Of a DNA stretch of 64,000 nt, positions 54,802 through 64,000 are shown in pieces. Each line of letters opens with the position of its first letter. Position 1 is the first letter of the stretch. The stretch is taken from positions 4,438-68,437 of the forward strand of contig JAAWQR010000007.1 of NCBI GenBank assembly GCA_022800625.1, written 5' to 3'. This DNA comes from Clostridiales bacterium (lineage in GTDB: Bacteria; Bacillota; Clostridia; Oscillospirales; CAG-272). Both the position numbers and the translations under genes were made by a program. The notes under the pieces were generated by a model, which saw nothing but the letters and a program-made list of their open reading frames with translations, searched no databases and had not been told where the DNA came from.

Positions 54802-56538
54802 ATGAAAAATTATCCTCTTTATCCATCATCGTCATATGTAAACATGCGTGAGCTTGTTGACGATATTGAGAAAAAATATTCGGATTCTGTTGCATATTCA
54901 TTCAGAATCCGTCCGAACGACGCCGTAGTGCAGAAGAAATCATACAAAGATCTTGCAGACGATGTAAGAGCCTTTGCCACGTCTGCACTTTCTCACGGAG
55001 TATACGGAACTCATGCCGCGCTTATCGGAAAGCTGTCGTACGGCTGGGTAGTTTCATATTTAGCTCTTCTGTCCGTCGGAGTCACTGTTGTTCCGCTTGA
55101 CGCGGAATGGAATCCCGCAGAGCTTGCGGAAACTGCAAGAGCCGCGCAGTGCAAGTCGCTTTTCTGCTCCGGAGAAGTGATGAAAAAAGCCGGAAAAGAA
55201 ATTTCAGCCCGCATAGCACCGAGTATATCCGTAATTATAGATAATTATACATTTGCAGAAGAAAACAGCACATCGGAAAGCGGATATACTCTGTCATCAA
55301 TGATTGAAGAAGGCAGAACGCTTATAGACGGCGGAGACACGTCGTACTATGACAGCAGAATCTCACCCGACGCACTCTCGCTTCTTGTTTTTACATCAGG
55401 TACTACGGGCAAGGGTAAAGGCGTTATGCTCTCGCAGACGGCGATTCTTTCAGACGTCAGCTCAGGACTGAAGCTTATAAATATATCCGAAAAAGAGTAC
55501 AAAAAGACGGTCGGTGTTCTTCCTCCGCATCATACTTTCGGCTCTACTATCGGTATTCTCGGAAACCTCATTTGCGGAGCGGAAACCTATGTTTCGTCGG
55601 GACTTAGATACTTGCAGCGTGAGCTGAAGGAGCAGAGTCCGAGCCATTTGATACTTGTTCCGCTTTATCTTGAGACTTTTGAAAAAAAGATTATTGATAC
55701 GGCAAGAAGCAGCGGACGGGAGAAAATGCTCCGTCGGCTTATGAGCATCGGAAGAACGGTCAGCCGCACGGGACTTGATCTCAGGCGACAGCTCTTTGAA
55801 GGCGTGCTTGACGTTTTCGGCGGACGTCTTGACCTTGTTATAAGCGGCGGAGCGCCGCTTACACAGGCGACTCAAAAATTTTTTGAATCTCTCGGCATCA
55901 CCGTGATAAACGGATACGGTATCACCGAATGCGCGCCGCTTATCTCCTCTAACAGGAACAGATGGCAAAAGTCAGGAAGCGTAGGGCTGTGTATCCCGGG
56001 CTCTCACATAAGGATAAAAAATCCCGATGAGCAGGGCGACGGTGAAATTTGTTTCAAGGGCTCAAACGTCATGATGGGTTATTATAATGATCCAGAAGCA
56101 ACGGAGAGTGCATTTGACAACGACGGATACTTTAAAACAGGGGATTACGGAAAGCTTGACGGAGACGGTTTTCTGTATATTACGGGAAGGCTTAAAAATC
56201 TTATTATCCTTTCTAACGGTAAAAATGTCTATCCTGAGGAGATTGAGGCAGATATTTCTTCAATTCCGGGTATCGAAGACGTGGTGGTATATGAGGGAAT
56301 TGATAAAAAGGGACTTCGAGCCGACACTATTGTTGCCGAAATTTTCCCGAGTGCGGAATTTTTAGCATCAGAGGGTATTACGGACGCTAAAGAATATTTT
56401 CACCGTCACATTACGGAATATAATAAACGTGCCGTTCCTTATAAGAAGATCGGAGTCATAAAAATAAGAGATACGGAATTTCCGAAAAACACGCTTCGGA
56501 AGATCATGCGGTACAAGCTTGACAAAACTTTTGAGTAA
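54802..56538 (+). CDS. AMP-dependent synthetase/ligase (long-chain acyl-CoA synthetase-like)
   Basis: 578 aa. LVFTSGTTGKGKGVMLS, GYGITECAP and FKTGDYGKLDGDGFLYITGRLKNLI. Confidence 0.88.
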   Translation: MKNYPLYPSSSYVNMRELVDDIEKKYSDSVAYSFRIRPNDAVVQKKSYKDLADDVRAFATSALSHGVYGTHAALIGKLSYGWVVSYLALLSVGVTVVPLDAEWNPAELAETARAAQCKSLFCSGEVMKKAGKEISARIAPSISVIIDNYTFAEENSTSESGYTLSSMIEEGRTLIDGGDTSYYDSRISPDALSLLVFTSGTTGKGKGVMLSQTAILSDVSSGLKLINISEKEYKKTVGVLPPHHTFGSTIGILGNLICGAETYVSSGLRYLQRELKEQSPSHLILVPLYLETFEKKIIDTARSSGREKMLRRLMSIGRTVSRTGLDLRRQLFEGVLDVFGGRLDLVISGGAPLTQATQKFFESLGITVINGYGITECAPLISSNRNRWQKSGSVGLCIPGSHIRIKNPDEQGDGEICFKGSNVMMGYYNDPEATESAFDNDGYFKTGDYGKLDGDGFLYITGRLKNLIILSNGKNVYPEEIEADISSIPGIEDVVVYEGIDKKGLRADTIVAEIFPSAEFLASEGITDAKEYFHRHITEYNKRAVPYKKIGVIKIRDTEFPKNTLRKIMRYKLDKTFE

Positions 56539-56582
56539 ATCAGAAATTACGTACCATATATAAACGAAAAGGCTGAAAAAAT

Positions 56583-57611
56583 ATGAAACTCACACTTGAT
56601 CTCGGTAGAAAAAGCTATGATATAATCGTCTCCCGCGGCGCGCTCGGAGAGATAGGAAAGCTTTTGCCGCTGGAGCGCCGTGTGCTTGTCGTGACCGATG
56701 AGGGAGTACCCGCGGAATACGCGCAGACTGTTGCGAATGCCTGCGCTTGCCCGACGGTTGTTACAGTGCCGCAGGGAGAAGGCAGCAAGAGCATCGGCAC
56801 GTTTGAGAAGCTTCTCTCGAAAATGCTTGAAGGCGGCTTCACAAGGACGGATGCTGTAGTCGCAGTCGGCGGAGGCGTTGTAGGCGACCTCTCGGGATTT
56901 GCCGCATCGTGCTTTATGAGAGGGATCGATTTTTATAATATTCCGACAACGCTGCTCTCTCAGGTCGATTCATCTATCGGCGGAAAGACCGCGGTCAATC
57001 TGAACGGGGTCAAAAACTGTGTCGGTGCGTTCTATCAGCCGAAAAGAGTTGTGATCGATCCCGACGTACTCTCAACTCTGCCGCCGCGTCAGATATCAAA
57101 CGGACTTGCCGAAGCTATAAAAATGGCGGCAACGTGCGATGCTGAGCTTTTCGAGCTTATGGAAAACGAGTCGCTTGAAAAAATTATCGACGATATAATA
57201 ATTGGCTCGCTGAAGATAAAAAAGTATGTTGTAGAGCAGGACGAGACGGAAAAAGGACTGAGACGGGTACTTAATTTCGGTCATACTCTCGGTCACGGAA
57301 TTGAAAGCAGCTTCGGACTTGCGGAAATGTATCACGGAGAATGCGTAGCGCTCGGTATGCTTCCGATGTGCTCGGATGAAGCTCGGGTACGCATAAAAAC
57401 TCTGCTTGAAAAGGCGGCTCTGCCTACAGAATGCGACGCTGATATGTCGATTGTTCTCAGGGAAGTCGCTCACGACAAAAAGGTAGACGGCAGTACAGTA
57501 AACTACGTATTTGTACCGAAAATCGGAAGCTTTGAGCTTAAAGCTATGCCGCTTGACGAATTTGAGCGCGAAATTCTGACAAGAAATACTATTTCAAAGG
57601 AAAATAAATAA
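56583..57611 (+). CDS. aroB: 3-dehydroquinate synthase
   Basis: 342 aa. AVGGGVVGDLSGFAAS..MRGI.FYNIPTTLLSQVDSSIGGKTAVNL and ..LNFGHTLGHGIE. Confidence 0.92.
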   Translation: MKLTLDLGRKSYDIIVSRGALGEIGKLLPLERRVLVVTDEGVPAEYAQTVANACACPTVVTVPQGEGSKSIGTFEKLLSKMLEGGFTRTDAVVAVGGGVVGDLSGFAASCFMRGIDFYNIPTTLLSQVDSSIGGKTAVNLNGVKNCVGAFYQPKRVVIDPDVLSTLPPRQISNGLAEAIKMAATCDAELFELMENESLEKIIDDIIIGSLKIKKYVVEQDETEKGLRRVLNFGHTLGHGIESSFGLAEMYHGECVALGMLPMCSDEARVRIKTLLEKAALPTECDADMSIVLREVAHDKKVDGSTVNYVFVPKIGSFELKAMPLDEFEREILTRNTISKENK

Positions 57612-57613
57612 TA

Positions 57614-58876
57614 ATGAAATACGGACTCATCGGTGAGCATCTTCCGCACAGCTTTTCACGTGAAATCCATGCAAAGATCGCCGATTACGAATATGAGCTT
57701 TATGAGCTCACCCCGTCAGAGCTTGATGCCTTCATGAAAAAGCGCGATTTTTGTGCGATAAACGTAACTATTCCCTATAAGCAGGCAGTGATACCTTATC
57801 TTGATGAGGTTGACTCTGTCGCAGCTGAAATCGGAGCTGTCAACACTATTGTCAACCGTGACGGCAGACTTTTCGGGTATAACACGGACTTTTTCGGAAT
57901 GAAAGCTCTTGTAGGCAGGATAGGAGCTTCTCTGAAAGGCAGAAAGACGCTCATTCTCGGAACGGGTGGAACTTCCAAGACTGCTGCTGCCGTTGCTCTA
58001 TCGATGGGAGCTGCGGAAGTTGTTAAGGTAGGACGCAGTTCTGATGTTACATATGAAAATGTGTATGATCTGCACGGTGACGCCGAATACATAATAAATA
58101 CAACGCCCTGCGGAATGTACCCCAATGAGGACGGCTGTGAAAAATTCGCTCCGTCAGCAGTAGATATATCACGCTTTCCGCGGCTTACGGGAGTACTTGA
58201 CGCTGTTTATAATCCGTTGCGTACAAACATTGTCCTCGATGCGCAAAAACTCGGAGTTCCCGCAAAGGGCGGACTTTACATGCTTGTGGCGCAGGCGGTA
58301 AAGGCGGCTGAAATATTTACGGACAAGGCGCAGGACAACGGAGTAATCGACAAAATATATTCGGATATGAGGGCGGCAAAAGAAAATATTGTTCTTATCG
58401 GAATGCCCGGATGCGGCAAAAGCACGATCGGCGAGAGTCTTGCCGCAGAGCTGTCGCGCGAATTTATCGACACGGATCATGAAATTGTGAAGTATACGGG
58501 AAAGCAGATTCCCGAGATTTTCGCAGAGGACGGAGAGGGCGCATTCCGTGAGATCGAGAGCGAAATTATAGGACGGCTCGCTTCGTCCAAAACGGGAGCC
58601 GTAATTTCAACGGGAGGCGGAGCCGTGCTTCGAGAGGATAATGTTCGCCGCCTTAAGAGAAACGGAAGAATATATTTTATAAACCGCTCGATTGACGCAA
58701 TCACTCCGACATCCGACAGACCTCTTTCCTCAAACAGCGCCGATCTGCGCCGGCTTTACGAAGAAAGACGCGTTATTTATCATTCATCGTGCGACTTTGA
58801 AATCGTGACGGATGAAAATATCAAGCACACTGTAAGCGCTCTCAAAAGCGACTTCAGCGGTATAAGCAGAAGCTAA
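57614..58876 (+). CDS. aroE/aroK: bifunctional shikimate dehydrogenase / shikimate kinase
   Basis: The N-terminus IGEHLPHSFSREIH...NVTIPYKQ...GAVNTIV is AroE. The C-terminus NIVLIGMPGCGKSTIG...IDTDHEI...ISTGGGAV is AroK. Confidence 0.9.
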   Translation: MKYGLIGEHLPHSFSREIHAKIADYEYELYELTPSELDAFMKKRDFCAINVTIPYKQAVIPYLDEVDSVAAEIGAVNTIVNRDGRLFGYNTDFFGMKALVGRIGASLKGRKTLILGTGGTSKTAAAVALSMGAAEVVKVGRSSDVTYENVYDLHGDAEYIINTTPCGMYPNEDGCEKFAPSAVDISRFPRLTGVLDAVYNPLRTNIVLDAQKLGVPAKGGLYMLVAQAVKAAEIFTDKAQDNGVIDKIYSDMRAAKENIVLIGMPGCGKSTIGESLAAELSREFIDTDHEIVKYTGKQIPEIFAEDGEGAFREIESEIIGRLASSKTGAVISTGGGAVLREDNVRRLKRNGRIYFINRSIDAITPTSDRPLSSNSADLRRLYEERRVIYHSSCDFEIVTDENIKHTVSALKSDFSGISRS

Positions 58877-58953
58877 AACAGAAGGGTAAGAGCACGAACG
58901 TGCCTATTCAATATAAAACCAACAAAGCAATGTAAAAAGGAAGGTAATCACTC

Positions 58954-59982
58954 ATGAACATGAATTTTATCAGAAAGCTGCCGATTCCGAAGGATATAAA
59001 AGCTGAATATCCCGTAACACCGGAGCTGGCTGCGATCAAGGCAAGCCGTGATACGGAGATCAGAAAAATCTTCACAGGCGAATCGGACAAATTTATTCTC
59101 GTGATCGGACCTTGCTCCGCAGATTCCGAGGACAGCGTTATTGATTATATCTCGCGTCTGCGCACAGTGCAGGACAAGGTAGCCGATAAGATACTGATAA
59201 TCCCCAGAATCTACACAGGAAAGCCTCGTACAACTGGCGACGGATATAAGGGAATGGTACATCAGCCCGATCCGCATGCGGATTCCGATACTCTTAAAGG
59301 AATTATTGCTGTCCGCGACCTGCATATGCGCGCACTTCGTGAGACAGGCTTCAGCTGCGCAGACGAGATGCTGTATCCCGAGAACCACAGATATCTCGAC
59401 GATGTTCTCTCATATGTTGCAATCGGCGCTCGTTCTGTCGAGGATCAGCACCACAGGCTGACTGCAAGCGGACTCAACATTCCCGTAGGTATGAAGAACC
59501 CCACATCAGGCGATATTTCCGTTATGATGAACTCAATCACGGCGGCTCAGCATGCTCACACATTCATCTACCGCGGGTGGGAAGTACAAAGCTCGGGCAA
59601 CCCGCTCGCACACGCAATACTTCGCGGTTATGTTGACGAGAGAGGAAACTCCTTCCCGAACTATCACTACGAAGATCTCCAGCGTCTGGCTGACACATAT
59701 GCTGAGAAGAAGCTTGAAAATCCTGCGCTCATCGTGGACACCAACCACGCAAACTCAGGCAAGAAGTACCTTGAGCAGATCAGAATTTCCAAAGAAATTC
59801 TCCACAGCTGCCGCCACAGCAATGATATTAAGAAGCTTGTTAAAGGTCTTATGATCGAAAGCTATATCGAGGACGGCTGCCAGAAGATCGAGGAAGGCAC
59901 CTACGGTAAGTCTATCACAGATCCGTGTCTCGGTTGGGAAAAGACCGAGCGTCTCATCCTCGATCTCGCCGAGCTTCTTTGA
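58954..59982 (+). CDS. aroF: 3-deoxy-7-phosphoheptulonate (DAHP) synthase, class I
   Basis: 342 aa. VIGPCS...KPRTTGDGYKGMVHQPD...VDTNHANSGK are motifs typical of AroF/G/H-type enzymes. Confidence 0.88.
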   Translation: MNMNFIRKLPIPKDIKAEYPVTPELAAIKASRDTEIRKIFTGESDKFILVIGPCSADSEDSVIDYISRLRTVQDKVADKILIIPRIYTGKPRTTGDGYKGMVHQPDPHADSDTLKGIIAVRDLHMRALRETGFSCADEMLYPENHRYLDDVLSYVAIGARSVEDQHHRLTASGLNIPVGMKNPTSGDISVMMNSITAAQHAHTFIYRGWEVQSSGNPLAHAILRGYVDERGNSFPNYHYEDLQRLADTYAEKKLENPALIVDTNHANSGKKYLEQIRISKEILHSCRHSNDIKKLVKGLMIESYIEDGCQKIEEGTYGKSITDPCLGWEKTERLILDLAELL

Positions 59983-60008
59983 TAGCAAGCAAGGCTGACA
60001 TTTGAATT

Positions 60009-60065
60009 ATCCGGCTTTAAAGCTTCCTGTTATATACACCGCGAAGTTTATAAGCCGGATTTTTG
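60009..60065 (+). terminator. long-hairpin intrinsic terminator after the DAHP synthase gene
   Basis: Stem atccggctt...aagccggat followed by TTTT. The loop may itself pair internally. Confidence 0.6.
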
Positions 60066-60094
60066 TAAAAATATAATGAAAGGCAGATGTAAAA

Positions 60095-61048
60095 ATGAGT
60101 ATTTCAAAAAATGATATCACAAGGGTAAAGGGCAGAGGTTTTCTGCTCAATCGCGGAACGGAGTGCTTCTCGGGGCGCGTCGTTCCCGTTGCGGGAGCGT
60201 TCAGCGCAGCTGATCTTAAATCAATCGCGGAATGTGCAGAAAAGTTCGGTTCGGGACAGATCATATTTACAAGCAGACTTACAGCCGAGATTGTCGGAAT
60301 ACCTTATGAAAAAATAGAAGAAGCGGAAAAATTTCTCGAAGAGCGACAGCTTTACTTCGGCGGAACGGGAGCTAAGGTGCGTCCGATAACGGCATGTAAG
60401 GGAACGACCTGCGTATATGGAAATATTGATACACAGGCGATTGCGGGTATACTGCATGACAAATTTTACATAGGACTTGCGGACGTTAAAATGCCGCACA
60501 AATTCAAAATTGCCGTCGGCGGATGTCCAAACAGTTGTATGAAACCGAGCCTGAATGACGTCGGAATCGAGGGTGTTCGCGTAATAAAATTTGATTCTGA
60601 GAAATGCCGCGGATGTAAAAAATGCGCAGTCGCTGCAAATTGTCCTTCAAAAGCCGTTAAATTTAACGGCAATATTGCAGAGATCGACAGCAGTATCTGC
60701 ACAAACTGCGGAGTATGCGTCGGAAAATGTCCTTTTGGAGCAGTTCCGAAGGAAGCAGAGGCAAGATGCCGCATATTTGTCGGCGGAACATGGGGCAAAA
60801 AGCAGAGAATGGGAACGGCGCTGAGCCGTACCTTTACACCTGATGAAGTACCCGAAATCGTTGAGAGAGTATTTCTGTGGTACCGTGAAAACGGATACAT
60901 TAAGGAAAGACTCGGCGCGGCAGTCGACAGAATCGGAGTCGAAAATCTTGAAAAGTCGCTGTTTGCTGAAACTGATTCTGTAAGCGATCTTATCGCAAGG
61001 CGCGATGAAATTTTTGCTTTGCCGCTCAAGGAACGTCCGCAGGCTTAA
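60095..61048 (+). CDS. sulfite/nitrite-reductase-like protein with an inserted 2x[4Fe-4S] ferredoxin domain (AsrC/Dsr-like)
   Basis: 317 aa. ITACKGTTCVYG and VGGCPNSC are siroheme/cluster Cys motifs. CRGCKKCAVAANCP and CTNCGVCVGKCP are ferredoxin motifs. Confidence 0.7.
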   Translation: MSISKNDITRVKGRGFLLNRGTECFSGRVVPVAGAFSAADLKSIAECAEKFGSGQIIFTSRLTAEIVGIPYEKIEEAEKFLEERQLYFGGTGAKVRPITACKGTTCVYGNIDTQAIAGILHDKFYIGLADVKMPHKFKIAVGGCPNSCMKPSLNDVGIEGVRVIKFDSEKCRGCKKCAVAANCPSKAVKFNGNIAEIDSSICTNCGVCVGKCPFGAVPKEAEARCRIFVGGTWGKKQRMGTALSRTFTPDEVPEIVERVFLWYRENGYIKERLGAAVDRIGVENLEKSLFAETDSVSDLIARRDEIFALPLKERPQA

Positions 61049-61067
61049 AGCACGGAAAGGCGCAATA

Positions 61068-62027
61068 ATGATAATGAAAAAATTATTTCGCGGTATAGCC
61101 GCAGCCTTGCTCTTGTGCACAGCGGCAGTACAGGCTGTCAGCCTTACCTCATGCACGGGGGATACCGAAAAAATTTCAGATATCGTCATCGAAAGTGTTA
61201 CTGCGTCAGAGGGGGAAATAACAGAAGCTCCGAAAAACGCGGCGGTGCTTATGTCTTCCCTTGCCGAAATATGGAAAGAAGCAGGCGGAGAAGTGTCGAT
61301 TACAGTCGGGGAGAGCGTAGAGCGAGGTTTTGCGGATGACAGCGCGATTCTTGTTGACAGCGGCGCGGGAAAGACTGTCAACACGGAACTGCTTATATCT
61401 CTGAAGCCTGATATTGTTATTTGTTCTGAGGATATTCCGGCTCAGGTTGAGGCCGCCGAGCTTTTAGAAAGTGCCGGAATCCGCACGGAAATATACAGAG
61501 TTGAGAGCTTTTCCGATTATCTCAGCGTGCTTGATTCTATGACGGATATCACGGGAAACAAAAATGCTTACACGGAAAAAGGACTTCGCGTTAAAGAACA
61601 GATTGAAGCTCTGCTTGGCTCTGACACGGCAAAATCCGCCGCAGGCAAGAATATTCTTTTTGTCAGGGCAGGCTCTTCCGCATCGTCTACTAAAGCTAAG
61701 CTTCCTGACGATCACTTTGCGTGTGCGATGCTTGAAGAGCTGGGATGTGTAAATATAGCAGACGGAGATTCTCCGCTTATTGACAGCTTGAGCATGGAAT
61801 ATATCATCTCAACCGATCCCTGTTATATATTTTTTTCAATGATGGGTAATGAAGACGCCGCCATGAAAAATATAAACTCGATGCTCGAGGAAGAAACGTG
61901 GAAATCTCTTACGGCTGTCAAAGAAAATCGCGTGGTTATACTTCCGAAGGATCTGTTTCACTTTAAGCCAAACGCAAAGTGGGCTGACGCCTATAAGTAT
62001 CTGATCGATATATTTGCAGAAAACTGA
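61068..62027 (+). CDS. ABC transporter substrate-binding lipoprotein, Fe-siderophore/heme/cobalamin (FecB/BtuF) class
   Basis: Signal peptide plus lipobox LTSC. ...LKPDIVICSED... and a C-terminal ...KPNAKWADAY fit Peripla_BP_2. The start follows GGAAAGG. The track ORF start at 61005 overlaps the upstream gene. Confidence 0.8.
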   Translation: MIMKKLFRGIAAALLLCTAAVQAVSLTSCTGDTEKISDIVIESVTASEGEITEAPKNAAVLMSSLAEIWKEAGGEVSITVGESVERGFADDSAILVDSGAGKTVNTELLISLKPDIVICSEDIPAQVEAAELLESAGIRTEIYRVESFSDYLSVLDSMTDITGNKNAYTEKGLRVKEQIEALLGSDTAKSAAGKNILFVRAGSSASSTKAKLPDDHFACAMLEELGCVNIADGDSPLIDSLSMEYIISTDPCYIFFSMMGNEDAAMKNINSMLEEETWKSLTAVKENRVVILPKDLFHFKPNAKWADAYKYLIDIFAEN

Positions 62028-62068
62028 TTTGCTTTATCAAAATTTATGATTGACAAGGAGGAAAACCA

Positions 62069-63061
62069 ATGAATCGTACATTTAAGCTTAAATTTACCGT
62101 GCTGGTTTTCCTCCTTGTTTTTTCTGCCGTTCCTTCTCTTATGCTCGGAAGCGCTGATCTGACGTTTTCCGAAGTTATCGGAGGTTTGCTGAGACGAGAC
62201 GGATATCAGACGGCAGAAATAATATTGTATTCTATCAGAATTCCTCGTTTTATTGCCGCTGTAACCGCAGGAGCGGGTCTTGCCGTATCGGGAGCTATAC
62301 TTCAGACCGTTATCGGAAACGAACTTGCGAGTCCGAGTACGATAGGCGTAAATGCAGGAGCAGGTCTTGCTGTTATTATATGCCTGTCGATTATTCCTAC
62401 CGCTGTAAAGCTTCTTCCGGCGGCGGCTTTTATCGGCGCGCTTATTACGGTTATTACGGTGCTGACGATAGCTCGTGCGGCGGGGCGCGGAAAGTCAACG
62501 ATAATTCTTGCGGGTATTGCCTGTACAACTCTTTTTCAGGCGGCGATATCATTTTTATCGATTCTTGACAGCGATGTAATGAGCATATACAGCTCTTTTT
62601 CAGTAGGTAGCCTGTCGGGAGTTCGCACCGAACGGATGATTATTCCGTTGGTGTTAATTATTACCTGTACGGTAGCCGGTATTTGTATGTCGGGAAGAAT
62701 TGCCGCACTGTCGCTCGGAGACGCTGTCGCATCATCACTCGGCGTACGTGTCAGAAAACTCAGGATATTTTGCCTGATACTTGCAAGCATATGTGCCGCA
62801 TCTGCCATAAGTTTTGCAGGACTTCTCGGGTTTGTCGGACTTGTAGCGCCGCATATGACGCGGAAACTTGTAGGCTCTGATATAAAGGCTCTCCTATCAG
62901 CTTCACCCGTGCTCGGAGCGATTCTTGTTACACTGTCGGATCTCGCCGGGAGAACCGTTTTCTCACCGTCTGAAATTCCTGTGGGAATAGTTATGGCTTT
63001 TATCGGTGCGCCGTTCTTCTTTATACTGATCCTCAGAAAAGGAGGCTCAAAAAGTGCTTGA
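62069..63061 (+). CDS. FecCD/BtuC-family ABC permease
   Basis: 330-aa polytopic protein. RIPRFIAAVTAGAGLAVSGAILQTVIGNELASPSTIGVNAGAG is the FecCD signature region. Confidence 0.9.
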   Translation: MNRTFKLKFTVLVFLLVFSAVPSLMLGSADLTFSEVIGGLLRRDGYQTAEIILYSIRIPRFIAAVTAGAGLAVSGAILQTVIGNELASPSTIGVNAGAGLAVIICLSIIPTAVKLLPAAAFIGALITVITVLTIARAAGRGKSTIILAGIACTTLFQAAISFLSILDSDVMSIYSSFSVGSLSGVRTERMIIPLVLIITCTVAGICMSGRIAALSLGDAVASSLGVRVRKLRIFCLILASICAASAISFAGLLGFVGLVAPHMTRKLVGSDIKALLSASPVLGAILVTLSDLAGRTVFSPSEIPVGIVMAFIGAPFFFILILRKGGSKSA

Positions 63062-63806
63062 ATTCAGAGGTGTCGGAATTAAGCTCGGACGTCAAATTCT
63101 GAGCGATGTGTCATTTCCCGTAGAGGATCATAAGATCACTGTACTGCTCGGAAAAAACGGGTGCGGAAAATCAACTCTTATCGGAAGTGTTACGGGACTC
63201 TGTAAATATTCGGGAGAGATACTTCTTGACGGAATTTCTGTAAATAAAATTTCACCGAGACAGAGAGCGCGCAGGATCGGAGTTTTTTCGCAGATTTTGC
63301 CGAATACGCAATTTTCACCGCGCTATCTTGCATCTGTCGGAAGAAATCCGTATATCGGAGCCGGTGGAATTTTGTCAGAGACTGATAAAAAAGAGGTAGA
63401 AAGTGCAATATCCGAAGCGGGTATAGCTCATCTTGCCGACAGACCTTGCTGTGAGCTGTCGGGAGGAGAACGCCAGAGAGCGTTTCTTGCCATGCTGCTC
63501 TCACAAGATCCTGATGTCTTTTTGCTTGATGAGCCGTCGACCTATCTTGACGCGGACGCAAGACGTGAGCTTTACGGTATAATAAGAAGACTTTCGCTAA
63601 ATCAAAATAAGACCGTGCTTGCCGTGATGCACGATTTGAATGAGGCTGTCAGAATCGCTGATAATATCGCTGTTATAGGCGATGGAGTCACAAAATTTTA
63701 CGGTACGAGGGAAGAATGCCTTGAGCGTAATATTATAGAAGAACATTTTTCCGTATCACGTCACGAATGTATTGAAAACGGCGGGAGAATCGTATTTTTT
63801 GAATAA
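63054..63806 (+). CDS. ABC transporter ATP-binding protein (FecE/BtuD class)
   Basis: GTG start overlapping the permease stop. GKNGCGKSTL, LSGGERQRAFLAMLL and FLLDEPSTYLD. Confidence 0.9.
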   Translation: MLEFRGVGIKLGRQILSDVSFPVEDHKITVLLGKNGCGKSTLIGSVTGLCKYSGEILLDGISVNKISPRQRARRIGVFSQILPNTQFSPRYLASVGRNPYIGAGGILSETDKKEVESAISEAGIAHLADRPCCELSGGERQRAFLAMLLSQDPDVFLLDEPSTYLDADARRELYGIIRRLSLNQNKTVLAVMHDLNEAVRIADNIAVIGDGVTKFYGTREECLERNIIEEHFSVSRHECIENGGRIVFFE

Positions 63807-63811
63807 AGTAA

Positions 63812-63850
63812 AAAGAGCTTCCCGAGTTGTGAACAAGAAGCTCTTTTATC
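63812..63850 (+). terminator. terminator after the ABC importer operon
   Basis: Stem aaagagcttc/gaagctcttt followed by a short T-run. Confidence 0.6.
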
Positions 63851-63914
63851 TCAGATTAAAACGTCCGAAAGGGCGTTTTTTCATAACTTTGTCAGAAAGG
63901 CAATGTACAAAGTA

Positions 63915-64000
63915 TCAGTCTTTATTTGTTTCCCTATTGCAGAATTCTTTCATTTTTTCTACAGTTTCTGCCGAGAGAAAATGTTCTATCTTCTCTGTTT
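63915..64000 (-). CDS. 3' end of an unidentified gene entering from the right edge
   Basis: My own translation of the minus strand gives ...TEKIEHFLSAETVEKMKEFCNRETNKD-stop (TGA at 63917-63915). Only 27 codons are visible. Confidence 0.3.
   Translation of the reverse strand, partial: TEKIEHFLSAETVEKMKEFCNRETNKD

Noticed and set aside
54639-54851. The 70-aa track ORF in the leader of the acyl-CoA ligase gene.
   Set aside because: It has a non-ATG start and no RBS, and it overlaps the real gene start. The region is better explained as a structured 5' UTR.
60466-61384. Minus-strand ORFs of 187 and 245 aa overlapping the Dsr-like and SBP genes.
   Set aside because: They are antisense to genes with clear motifs. 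Their S/A/P-rich translations are typical of the reverse frame of GC-balanced genes.
1-64000. CRISPR arrays, rRNA genes, IS elements and integrases.
   Set aside because: I saw no regularly spaced direct repeats, no rRNA-like sequence, no transposase- or recombinase-like ORFs and no IS-type terminal inverted repeats on either strand.

Overview
This is a chromosomal window that reads like a spore-forming Clostridia genome. The taxon is an inference from csaB, a sleB-like hydrolase, YgiQ, sigma-A type promoters and GGAGG ribosome-binding sites. I see about 50 protein genes and 3 tRNAs, and no rRNA, CRISPR array, transposase or integrase. Left to right: a partial metallophosphoesterase, a small XRE regulator, murJ plus a GT4, a SbcD/SbcC-like yhaO/yhaN pair, mnmG, a GNAT and an SOS-boxed recA-recF-recX. 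Then come tRNA Gly-Arg-His, a TraX-like protein, an aldo/keto reductase, a GT4-CsaB fusion and a YgiQ radical SAM protein. A cell-envelope polymer locus follows: a TagF-like enzyme, a YidC-polytopic-sulfatase fusion, two tandem leaderless beta-helix paralogs and a licC-like gene. After that are a Cu/Zn-SOD-like protein, an Arc repressor, two membrane proteins and rplM-rpsI. Next is a ~2.3-kb low-GC regulatory islet, then an ABC exporter, livJHMGF, an orphan SBP lipoprotein, sleB-like, sortase B-rlmA-GT2 and msmK. The window ends with an acyl-CoA ligase plus aroB-aroE/K-DAHP synthase, and a sulfite-reductase-like Fe-S protein with an Fe/B12-type ABC importer. The observations most worth follow-up are: (1) the low-GC islet, which holds an unannotated 30-aa Hol-Tox-like type I toxin candidate, an exact-consensus antisense promoter, a LexA-box-like operator and a shared ATTGTT motif; (2) a ~0.5-kb XRE cassette (promoter, gene, terminator) present twice in inverted orientation ~37 kb apart; (3) the YidC-sulfatase fusion, TagF-like and licC-like locus with duplicated signal-peptide-less beta-helix proteins; (4) recF sitting between recA and recX. 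All functional calls come from reading motifs by eye. No database search was run.
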